This document shows, piece by piece, positions 56,565-64,000 of a stretch of 64,000 nt of DNA. Each line of letters opens with the position of its first letter. The stretch's first letter is position 1. Below the pieces are notes generated by a model, which saw only the letters and a program-made list of their open reading frames with translations, did no database searches and was not told the origin of the DNA. The position numbers were made by a program, and so were the translations under genes. Origin of the DNA: Mycobacterium sp. (GTDB lineage Bacteria > Actinomycetota > Actinomycetes > Mycobacteriales > Mycobacteriaceae); the NCBI GenBank assembly GCA_965229265.1, contig CBDDIY010000010.1:1974045-2038044 (forward strand), written 5' to 3'.

Positions 56565-57209
56565 GTGTTTACTGAAACCCCGGTGACCGTCTCCGACGTC
56601 GACGTGGCGGCTCGCGAAATGCTCGGAACTCGGCTCCGGCAGACCCGTGAGCGTGCCCGACTGTCGACACGGGAACTAGCGGCTCGGGCATCGGTGAGCG
56701 CGGGATTCATCAGTCAGCTCGAGAACGGCAAATGCGGCGTCTCTGTTGGAGTGCTCAAGCGCATCTCCGCGGCCGTTGGTGTCTCAGCGGCGGACCTGCT
56801 CTCAGCTGAAGCGCCCGTAGCGCGGCCGGTGCTACGGGCACACGAACGACCCCTGTTCTCCGGCGATAGCGGACTGCAGAAACTGCTGCTGTTACGGCCA
56901 CCGATCCAACAGCTCGAAGTGTATGAAGGCACATTCGACGTGGGCGGCTCGACCGGACCCGAACCGTATGCACACGACAACGCGCAAGAGCTGTTCTACG
57001 TACTCAGTGGCCACATCGAAATCTCGATCGGCTCCGAGACCCTGATCCTCGGACCCCGAGACAGCGTCGAGTATCTCTCCTCGGTTCCGCACCGTGCGGT
57101 GAACATCGGTGCGACTCCGGCCCAGGCCATGTGGATCACCGCGCATGTCACTCCGCCCATCGACGCCACTCCGCTCAGCGCACCGACCACGCACGACATG
57201 AAGGACTGA
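56565..57209 (+). CDS. XRE HTH + cupin regulator (PuuR-like)
   Basis: LRQTRERARLS.RELA..ASVSAGFISQLENG; C-terminal HDNAQELFYVLSG...LGPRDSV.Y.SSVPH. Confidence 0.88.
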   Translation: MFTETPVTVSDVDVAAREMLGTRLRQTRERARLSTRELAARASVSAGFISQLENGKCGVSVGVLKRISAAVGVSAADLLSAEAPVARPVLRAHERPLFSGDSGLQKLLLLRPPIQQLEVYEGTFDVGGSTGPEPYAHDNAQELFYVLSGHIEISIGSETLILGPRDSVEYLSSVPHRAVNIGATPAQAMWITAHVTPPIDATPLSAPTTHDMKD

Positions 57210-57213
57210 CACC

Positions 57214-58866
57214 ATGGCTACTCCCAACCGCCTGCTCATCACCGGCGGCCACGTCTTCACCCCCGCCGGCATCGTCGAGGAGCCGGTCCTTGTCGAAGAC
57301 GGCATCATCACCGCGATCGGCGCCACCGCGCTCACCTCCACCGGAGCCGCCGAGATCAACGCGGGCGGCGGGCTCGTCTCCCCGGGCTTTCAGGACAGCC
57401 ACATTCACCCGTACCACGCCGGTCTGGACATGCTTGCCTGCGATCTGACCCCGTACGTCACCGCCGACGGATACCTCACCCGTATCGCCGAATACGCGGC
57501 GGCCCATCCAGAGTTGGACTGGATCAGCGGCGGCGGCTGGTCGATGGACTCCTTTCCCGGCGGATTGCCGACCGCCGCAGCGCTCGACGCCATCGTCGCC
57601 GACCGGCCCGCCTACTTCCCCAACCGCGACGGTCACGGTGCGTGGGTCAACTCGAAAGCTCTTGAGATCGCGGGCATCGACGACACGACGCCGGATCCGT
57701 TCGACGGTCGCATCGAACGCGATGCCGACGGACACGCGATCGGCACGCTGCAGGAAGGCGCCATGCAGCTCGTCGCACGGCATGTTCCGCTGCCGAGTCA
57801 GGACGACTTGGACGAGGCCCTGAAGCTGGCCCAGCAGCAGCTGTTCGCGTGGGGGGTGACCGCCTGGCAAGACGCCATCGTCGGCGCCACGAATGACACC
57901 CCCGACCCTCTCGATTCGTACCTGCGTGCCACGGCATCCGGCGTGTTGAAGGCGCACGTCGTCGGTGCTCTGTGGTGGGACCGCAATCGGGGATTCGAGC
58001 AGATTCCCGAACTCGTCGCCAAGCGCACGCGCGCCCTTGCCAGTGGCTTCAGGGCCACGGCGGTCAAGATCATGCAGGACGGTGTGGCCGAGAACTTCAC
58101 AGCGGGAATGCTCGAGCCGTATCTGGACTCGTGCGGTTGCCCCGGTGAGAACATGGGCAAGAGCTTCGTCGACCCGACCACCCTCAAGGAGATCTCGGTC
58201 CAGCTCGATGCCCTGGGCTTCCAGCTCCATTTCCACGCCCTCGGCGACCGGGCTGTACGGGAGTCGCTCGATGCGGTCGAAGCGGCCCGTACGGCCAACG
58301 GGGACAGCGACCTTCGCCATACGCTGGCACATATCCAGGTTATCCACCCCGATGACATCCGCCGGTTCGCCGATCTCAACGTGGTGGCCAACATGCAACC
58401 GCTGTGGGCCAGGCACGAGGCCCAGATGGACGTGCTGACGATCCCGTTCCTTGGCCCTCGCCGGGCCGCCTGGCAGTACCCGTTCGGGACACTTCAGCGG
58501 GCGGGGGCGCTGCTGGCCTCCGGAAGCGACTGGCCAGTGAGCACGGCCAACCCGCTGGAGATCATCCACACGACCGTAAACCGAGCACCCGCAGGAGCGA
58601 CCGGCCCGGCGGAGCTGCCCTTCCTCGGCGAGCAGGCGCTGTCTCTGGCCGACGCGCTGATAGCGCACAGCCTTGGCACGGCCTACCTCAACCACGACGA
58701 GCAGCGCTCGGGAACCATCGAACTCGGCAAGGCCGGCGACATCGTGATTCTCGACCGTGACATCTTCGCCGCTCCAGTCGCCGAGATCGGTTCCGCCACA
58801 GTCGCCTACACTATCGTCGGCGGCGAAGTCGTCTACGATGCGACGTCGTCCCTGGTATCGGCATGA
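57214..58866 (+). CDS. Amidohydrolase_3 (YtcJ-like) metal-dependent hydrolase
   Basis: PGFQDSHIH, DGH.AWVNSKAL, KIMQDG, HFHALGDRAV, HTLAHIQ, GSDWPV, GTIELGK.GD.VILD. Confidence 0.9.
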   Translation: MATPNRLLITGGHVFTPAGIVEEPVLVEDGIITAIGATALTSTGAAEINAGGGLVSPGFQDSHIHPYHAGLDMLACDLTPYVTADGYLTRIAEYAAAHPELDWISGGGWSMDSFPGGLPTAAALDAIVADRPAYFPNRDGHGAWVNSKALEIAGIDDTTPDPFDGRIERDADGHAIGTLQEGAMQLVARHVPLPSQDDLDEALKLAQQQLFAWGVTAWQDAIVGATNDTPDPLDSYLRATASGVLKAHVVGALWWDRNRGFEQIPELVAKRTRALASGFRATAVKIMQDGVAENFTAGMLEPYLDSCGCPGENMGKSFVDPTTLKEISVQLDALGFQLHFHALGDRAVRESLDAVEAARTANGDSDLRHTLAHIQVIHPDDIRRFADLNVVANMQPLWARHEAQMDVLTIPFLGPRRAAWQYPFGTLQRAGALLASGSDWPVSTANPLEIIHTTVNRAPAGATGPAELPFLGEQALSLADALIAHSLGTAYLNHDEQRSGTIELGKAGDIVILDRDIFAAPVAEIGSATVAYTIVGGEVVYDATSSLVSA

Positions 58867-60014
58867 CCACCGTGAATCTGGCCACCGAAGCCCGAGCGCC
58901 GCTGACCGCTGCGCCCGGCGCCGTCGAACTCCGCTCGCTGAGCAAGTATTACGGGCCGGCTGTTGCCGTGGACAACGTCAGCCTGACCGTGCAGGCAGGC
59001 GAATTCCTCAGCCTGCTGGGACCGAGCGGATGCGGAAAGACGACGACGCTTCGCCTGATCGGGGGATTCGAGCTTCCCGACGACGGTTCCATCCAGATCT
59101 CGGGCCGCCACGTCGAGGACCTACCGCCGCATAAGCGGCCGGTGAACACGGTATTCCAAGCCTATGCGCTGTTCCCTCATATGAAGGTCGCCGACAACGT
59201 CGCCTACGGACTGCGTCTCTCGGGTGTACCGAAAGCCGAAGTCGCCCAACGAGTGAGCCGCGCCCTCGAGATGGTGAGAATGGGCGCCTTCGCCGGCCGA
59301 AAGCCGGCGCAGCTCTCCGGAGGCCAACAGCAACGCATCGCCCTGGCCCGGGCCCTGGTGAACCGGCCGGCCGTCCTGCTGCTGGACGAGCCGATGAGCG
59401 CCCTGGACCGCAAGCTGCGCGAGGAGATGCAGGTCGAGCTGAAGCTGCTGCAGCGTGAAGTCGGCACAACCTTCATCTTCGTCACTCACGACCAGGAGGA
59501 GGCCCTGTCGATGAGCGATCGCATCGCGGTGATGAAGGACGGACGGATCGAGCAAATCGGCACGGCCTCAGATGTTTACGATGCGCCGGAGTCGGCATTC
59601 GTGGCCGGGTTCATCGGCCGGCAGAACTCCTTCGACGGCACCATCTCCCGCTTCGACAGCGCGGGGGTCAGCGTGCAGACCGCCGGTCTGTCGCTGTTCT
59701 CCGCACGCCCCGTCAAGGGCAGCGTCCCGGCCTCGAGCGGCGCGCAGGTCACCGCAGCGATACGGCCGGAGTCGGTGACCGTCACCACCCCGGCTAGCAC
59801 CGTGGCTCCTGAATCCCCCAGCCCGGTCAACTCGATCGGCGGCACCCTGCTCGGGGTGTCCGAACTCGGTCACAGCCTGCAATTGGTCATCCACACACCG
59901 AACGACAACCAGATCCTGGCCCGCCTGCCGCGCGCCGCCAACCCGCCCACCGAACTCGGATCGCCCGTGCTGTGTTCATGGTCGGCCGACGCCGTCCGCA
60001 TCTTCACGTCCTAG
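58863..60014 (+). CDS. potA: Polyamine-type ABC ATP-binding protein
   Basis: GPSGCGKTT, TVFQAYALFPH, LSGGQQQRIALARAL, LLDEPMSALD. Confidence 0.88.
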   Translation: MTTVNLATEARAPLTAAPGAVELRSLSKYYGPAVAVDNVSLTVQAGEFLSLLGPSGCGKTTTLRLIGGFELPDDGSIQISGRHVEDLPPHKRPVNTVFQAYALFPHMKVADNVAYGLRLSGVPKAEVAQRVSRALEMVRMGAFAGRKPAQLSGGQQQRIALARALVNRPAVLLLDEPMSALDRKLREEMQVELKLLQREVGTTFIFVTHDQEEALSMSDRIAVMKDGRIEQIGTASDVYDAPESAFVAGFIGRQNSFDGTISRFDSAGVSVQTAGLSLFSARPVKGSVPASSGAQVTAAIRPESVTVTTPASTVAPESPSPVNSIGGTLLGVSELGHSLQLVIHTPNDNQILARLPRAANPPTELGSPVLCSWSADAVRIFTS

Positions 60015-60064
60015 CCGTCCGCCCCCGACCTACCCACCCTCTCCATTCGACCCGGAAGCAGAAC

Positions 60065-61207
60065 ATGAATCAGCCGCAGAACATTCGGGCTCTCGTGCCC
60101 GAGGCAATGAAGAGCAGACTCAGCCGCCGCACGTTCCTGGGCGGAACCGCGGCGCTCGGGGTCGGCGCCGTACTCGCCGCATGCTCCAAGTCGCCGGGCG
60201 GCGGCTCAGCGTCGGGCGGCCTCAACATCTACACCTGGGGCGAATACGACGACCCCGCCGTGCTGACCGATTTCACCGCCGCCAAGGGCCCCAAGATCAC
60301 TCTCGACTCCTACGGCTCGAACCCGGAGATGATCGCCAAACTCAGTGCGGCCAAGGGCACGACGGGCTACGACATTTGTGTGCCCACCCACTCCTCCATT
60401 CAACAGATGGCGACCGGCGGCCTGCTCACTGAACTCGATCACGCCAAGTTGCCCAACATGAAAAACCTCAACGCGAAAGTCGTCAATACGCCGTTCGACC
60501 CCGGCAACAAGTACAGCGTCTGTAAGGACTGGGGCTCGACGGGCTACGTCTACGACACCTCCGTCATCAAGCGCGATCTGACCTCCTGGGCCGACTTCCT
60601 CGACGCCGCGCAGAAGGAGGCGTCTGGCAGTACGTCGCTGCTGGAGGACCAGGGCGAAGTGGCCTTCACCTATTTCTATGCCAACGGAATCGACCCCAAC
60701 ACAACCGATCCCGCCCATATCGCCGCCTATCGCTCGTTCATTCTCGAGAAGATCGCTCCGCACGTGCAAGCCTTCGAATCGTCGACCAACGCCTCGATCT
60801 CGTCGTCGGCCCGCACCCTGATTCACTGCTGGAACGGCGATGCCCGCCTGGGCATCCTTGCCAACGCCGAACCCGACAAGTACAAGTTCGTCTGGCCCTC
60901 GGAGGGGGCGAACCTCTGGCAGGACAACTGGGCGATCGTCAAGGGTGCACCGCACGAGGACGCCGCATATGAGTTCATCAACTACGTGCTCGACCCGGTC
61001 GTCTCCCTCAAGGAGCTCACCTATATCGGCTACAACACCGGAATCAACGGGATCGAGGAGGCAGCCAAGAAGGCCGACATCAAGCGGCCCGACCTGGTCT
61101 TCGTCAGCGATGACGTGATGAAGAAGCTGATCTACAGCCAGATGACCTCGGCCGACGGCCAGATCATCGCCATCTACGACGAACTCAAGGCTGCGGCGGG
61201 CAAGTGA
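60065..61207 (+). CDS. potD: Polyamine-type ABC substrate-binding protein (Tat lipoprotein)
   Basis: SRRTFL + LAAC; LNIYTWGEY, GYDI..PT, WG.TG..Y, WNGDA, EG.NLWQDN..I.KGA. Confidence 0.85.
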   Translation: MNQPQNIRALVPEAMKSRLSRRTFLGGTAALGVGAVLAACSKSPGGGSASGGLNIYTWGEYDDPAVLTDFTAAKGPKITLDSYGSNPEMIAKLSAAKGTTGYDICVPTHSSIQQMATGGLLTELDHAKLPNMKNLNAKVVNTPFDPGNKYSVCKDWGSTGYVYDTSVIKRDLTSWADFLDAAQKEASGSTSLLEDQGEVAFTYFYANGIDPNTTDPAHIAAYRSFILEKIAPHVQAFESSTNASISSSARTLIHCWNGDARLGILANAEPDKYKFVWPSEGANLWQDNWAIVKGAPHEDAAYEFINYVLDPVVSLKELTYIGYNTGINGIEEAAKKADIKRPDLVFVSDDVMKKLIYSQMTSADGQIIAIYDELKAAAGK

Positions 61208-62166
61208 CCGCCGTGCACGAGCAGGACGCGGCGACGGCGGCAACCGGTGCGGCTCATCCGCAGCGCTCCCGGCGGTTACAGCTGCCCGGATGGCTCGGCG
61301 CTCTGCCCATCAGCATCTGGATGCTGATGTTTTTCCTCCTGCCCATCGCGTTGGTGGTCTGGTACAGCTTCGGCTACAAGCCGGGCATCTACGTCACCCA
61401 TGCCAACGACGTCCTTTCCTTCGACCGCTACCACGAGGCCGCGTCAGCCACGTTCCTCGCGATCTTCTTTCGCACCCTGAAGATCGCGGCGGTGGGAACG
61501 GTGATCTGCCTGGTGATCGCGTTTCCGATGGCCTATTGGATGGCGGTCAAGCTGGCCCCGAAATGGCGCGGTGTGGTATTGGCCCTGGTCCTCATCCCCT
61601 ACTGGACGAATTTCCTCGTCCGGACCATCGGATGGCAAATCTCCTTGAGTCCTTCGGGTTTCGTGTCGAAGGCGATGCAGTGGGCACATCTGACCGACGG
61701 GCCTCTGCACGTGCTCTACACCTCGGCCGCGGTCCAGCTCGGCGTGGTCTACAACTACCTGCCGCTGATGGTCCTGCCCCTGTATGTGGCGCTCGAGCGT
61801 CTCGATCCGAAGTTGCTCGAAGCCAGTCGTGACCTCGGCGGAACGGCGTGGGACACGCTGTGGCGCATCACGGTTCCGTTGGCTGCGCCGGGGGCGACCG
61901 CCGGGCTGCTGCTGGTCTTCGTCCCGCTGATGGGCGATTACATCACCCCGACCGTTCTCGGTGGCGCCAGCGGCAGCATGGTCGGCCAGATGGTGGCCGC
62001 GCAGTTCCAGAGTGCCCAGAACTGGGCACTCGGCGCAGCGATGGCAGTTCTGCTCATGCTGGCCATCTTTGGGACGAGCGCCGTGGTCGGCGGGCTCCTG
62101 AAGGCGGTCGGTCGCCTCGCCACCGCGATGACCTCTCTGAAGCTCCCGGCGAAGGAGTCCGTATGA
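61204..62166 (+). CDS. potB: Polyamine-type ABC permease
   Basis: IPYWTNFLVRT, YNYLPLM.LP.Y..LE, EAS.DLG, GDYITP..LGG, NWALGAA. Confidence 0.87.
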   Translation: MTAVHEQDAATAATGAAHPQRSRRLQLPGWLGALPISIWMLMFFLLPIALVVWYSFGYKPGIYVTHANDVLSFDRYHEAASATFLAIFFRTLKIAAVGTVICLVIAFPMAYWMAVKLAPKWRGVVLALVLIPYWTNFLVRTIGWQISLSPSGFVSKAMQWAHLTDGPLHVLYTSAAVQLGVVYNYLPLMVLPLYVALERLDPKLLEASRDLGGTAWDTLWRITVPLAAPGATAGLLLVFVPLMGDYITPTVLGGASGSMVGQMVAAQFQSAQNWALGAAMAVLLMLAIFGTSAVVGGLLKAVGRLATAMTSLKLPAKESV

Positions 62167-63050
62167 CCGGGTCAGCACCGGTGGCGGGCCCCCGTCGGCG
62201 GCGCAGAATCCGTCCCGCCGACGCCTTCTTGAACGTCTGGGGAACGCTGAGCCTGGTGTTCCTCTTCTTCCCGATCATCGTCATCGTGGTGTTCTCGTTC
62301 AACTCCGGGCGCACCCTGCAGACGTTCGAAGGATTCAGCTTCCAGCCCTATGTTGCGGCGCTGAGCAATCCGGCGATCACCAACTCCATCACTGTCTCGC
62401 TGATCACCGCCACCGGCACCGCCGTCGTCGCCACCGCGCTCGGCACCTTCGCCGGCATCGCTCTAGCGCGTCGGCCGGGCTGGTGGGCCCCGGCGCTGCT
62501 GGTGCTGCTGGGGTTGGTGATGGTCACTCCGGAGATCGTCAGCGCTATCTCGCTGCTCCCCTGGTTCGTGACCCTCGGGGTTGACTGGGGAATCGCCGGC
62601 TTCAATATCGGTCAAGTGCGCCTCATCATCGGCAATTCTCTCTTCGCAAGCGCGGTGGTCACTTTCATCGTGCGGGCCCGGGTGACCGGGATGAACGAGA
62701 CTCTCGAGGAGGCCGCCGCCGACCTGTACGCTCCGCCGTTCCGGCGGTTCACCGACATCACGCTGCCGTTGATCCGACCTGCTGTCATATCGGGTGCGCT
62801 GCTGGCCTTCACCCTCAGCCTCGACAACACCGTCGTCTCGTCGTTCGTCTCGGTCGCGGGTTCGACGCCGTGGCCGGTGTACGTCTTCGCGTCGCTGAAG
62901 GCGTCGCTGCGGCCAGAGATTGCCGCGATGTCCACGCTGGTGCTGGTGCTCACCCTCATCGTTCTCGGTATCGCTGCGGTGATACTGCGCCGAGATCCGA
63001 GCGGATCCGATGGCGCCGCCAGCCTGACCGGCGCGATGGTGGGGAAATGA
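62163..63050 (+). CDS. potC: Polyamine-type ABC permease
   Basis: FSFN, TPEIV, LEEAAADLYA, AFTLSLD, PEIAA.ST. Confidence 0.87.
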   Translation: MTGSAPVAGPRRRRRIRPADAFLNVWGTLSLVFLFFPIIVIVVFSFNSGRTLQTFEGFSFQPYVAALSNPAITNSITVSLITATGTAVVATALGTFAGIALARRPGWWAPALLVLLGLVMVTPEIVSAISLLPWFVTLGVDWGIAGFNIGQVRLIIGNSLFASAVVTFIVRARVTGMNETLEEAAADLYAPPFRRFTDITLPLIRPAVISGALLAFTLSLDNTVVSSFVSVAGSTPWPVYVFASLKASLRPEIAAMSTLVLVLTLIVLGIAAVILRRDPSGSDGAASLTGAMVGK

Positions 63051-63090
63051 CGGCGGCCGCCGCTGATATGTTGCCCCACAAGTGCTTACG

Positions 63091-63999
63091 TCAGGTGGTG
63101 TAGCCGATCGCGTCAAGCGCTGCGATGTCGACGCTGGTCAACGAGTCGGAATTGGTTTCCACATAGGCATTGAACGGATCGGTGGCCGTCAGGCTGTTGG
63201 TCGCCCAGTCGCCGTAGTCCGAGGTGTCGCTGTAGTCGGCAAGCGCCGTGGTGCCGCCGTCGACCGAGAAGTACTGAAGGTGTGCCGTGGTGGCGGTGGA
63301 GCCGTTGCACACCAGCACGCCAGGGGCCGAGTATCGGGTGAGATCCATCGGTGTGACGTCATGGCCGTCGGCCGCCGACCCCCAGCCCGAGTTCCGGCCC
63401 ATCGCGTGGGTCAGTTCGTGGAGCGCCGCCGCGAGCAGGTCGGAGCTGGGCCAATCGGTGGAGAAACCGACGTCACCATCGAGTTCCGTCCCGTTCGCCG
63501 GGACAACGCCGAAGACCTTCAACTGGGCTGCGGATACGTCGTAGGTGAGCGATCCGAACGGGTTGGACGTGGGCAGGTAGGCGACCACCGACTGCCCCAG
63601 AGCGGTCGTATCGCACGTGCTGAGCTGCTGCTTGACCGTCGCGTAGCTTTCCTGCTGGCCGCCCAGCGCCTCGCCCTCGGATGTGCCCGAGCCGATGGGG
63701 GTGCCATCGATCTCCCCATAGCCGACCGCGATATTCACCGTGATGCTGTTGGTGACGGTCGCCTCGATGATCTGGGCGGCCCGCTGCACCGTCGGCTTGA
63801 AGGACGTTGGTGCGCTGGCGACGCTGGAATCCCAGATCAGATTGATCACCAAGCCGGTCAGGCCAGGGTCGGTCGTGACGGCGGGGGCGGCCTTTCCGAT
63901 GACCGGGACGGTGACGGCTTCGTTGGTGGCGGCCACCCCGTCGCTGGCAGTCACCGTGAAAGTGTCGGTGGTGGCCAGCCGTGCAGCGGTGGTCGGCGT
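63091..63999 (-). CDS. C-terminal zinc metalloprotease domain preceded by an Ig/cadherin-like repeat; 5' partial
   Basis: TPTTAARLATTDTFTVTASDG (Ig-like repeat end), then LHELTHAMGR (HExxHxxG), TPMDLTRYSAPG, YFSVDGGTT, DYGDW; frame open to the window edge. Confidence 0.78.
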   Translation of the reverse strand, partial: TPTTAARLATTDTFTVTASDGVAATNEAVTVPVIGKAAPAVTTDPGLTGLVINLIWDSSVASAPTSFKPTVQRAAQIIEATVTNSITVNIAVGYGEIDGTPIGSGTSEGEALGGQQESYATVKQQLSTCDTTALGQSVVAYLPTSNPFGSLTYDVSAAQLKVFGVVPANGTELDGDVGFSTDWPSSDLLAAALHELTHAMGRNSGWGSAADGHDVTPMDLTRYSAPGVLVCNGSTATTAHLQYFSVDGGTTALADYSDTSDYGDWATNSLTATDPFNAYVETNSDSLTSVDIAALDAIGYTT

Positions 64000-64000
64000 G

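Noticed and set aside
1-64000. Mobile elements, tRNA/rRNA, and the many long antisense ORFs in the track
   Set aside because: No transposase, integrase, terminal inverted repeats or RNA-gene signatures were recognised; long overlapping ORFs are expected shadows in roughly 68% GC DNA.

Overview
High-GC actinobacterial chromosome, almost certainly a fast-growing mycobacterium (Mycolicibacterium-like). From recalled M. tuberculosis proteins, six minus-strand genes match Rv1056-Rv1061 in order (DUF427, YVTN beta-propeller, fadD14, amine-dehydrogenase-like, SRPBCC, class II GATase), but large accessory blocks separate them. Left to right: end of an acyl-CoA ligase; xylose cluster (xylR-xylA-xylFGH); amine oxidase/cupin/ACAD; KstR-boxed ltp1; a compact 8-kb zinc island with three Zur-type boxes (zinc-free ribosomal paralogues L28/L33/S14/S18/L31, mrf, a Cys-rich orphan gene, pacL-ctpC, znuACB); ohrR-ohr; several exported low-complexity proteins; secreted GH2 and GH16 glycosidases; a gal operon running straight into a four-gene redox/MOSC block; a MarR/SDR pair; a second CobW; ClC; an XRE-amidohydrolase-potADBC unit; and the C-terminal end of an Ig-like-repeat HExxH metalloprotease. 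I found no tRNA, rRNA, CRISPR array, integrase or transposase. The best leads are: (1) a basic C-terminal (GVGG)SKR motif shared by unrelated exported proteins; (2) two exported 18-residue-repeat beta-solenoid candidates; (3) a metal-efflux module and a Cys-rich orphan gene embedded in zinc-starvation operons; (4) a possible secreted galactofuranosidase linked to galactose catabolism. All homology calls are from pattern recognition and memory, not database searches.
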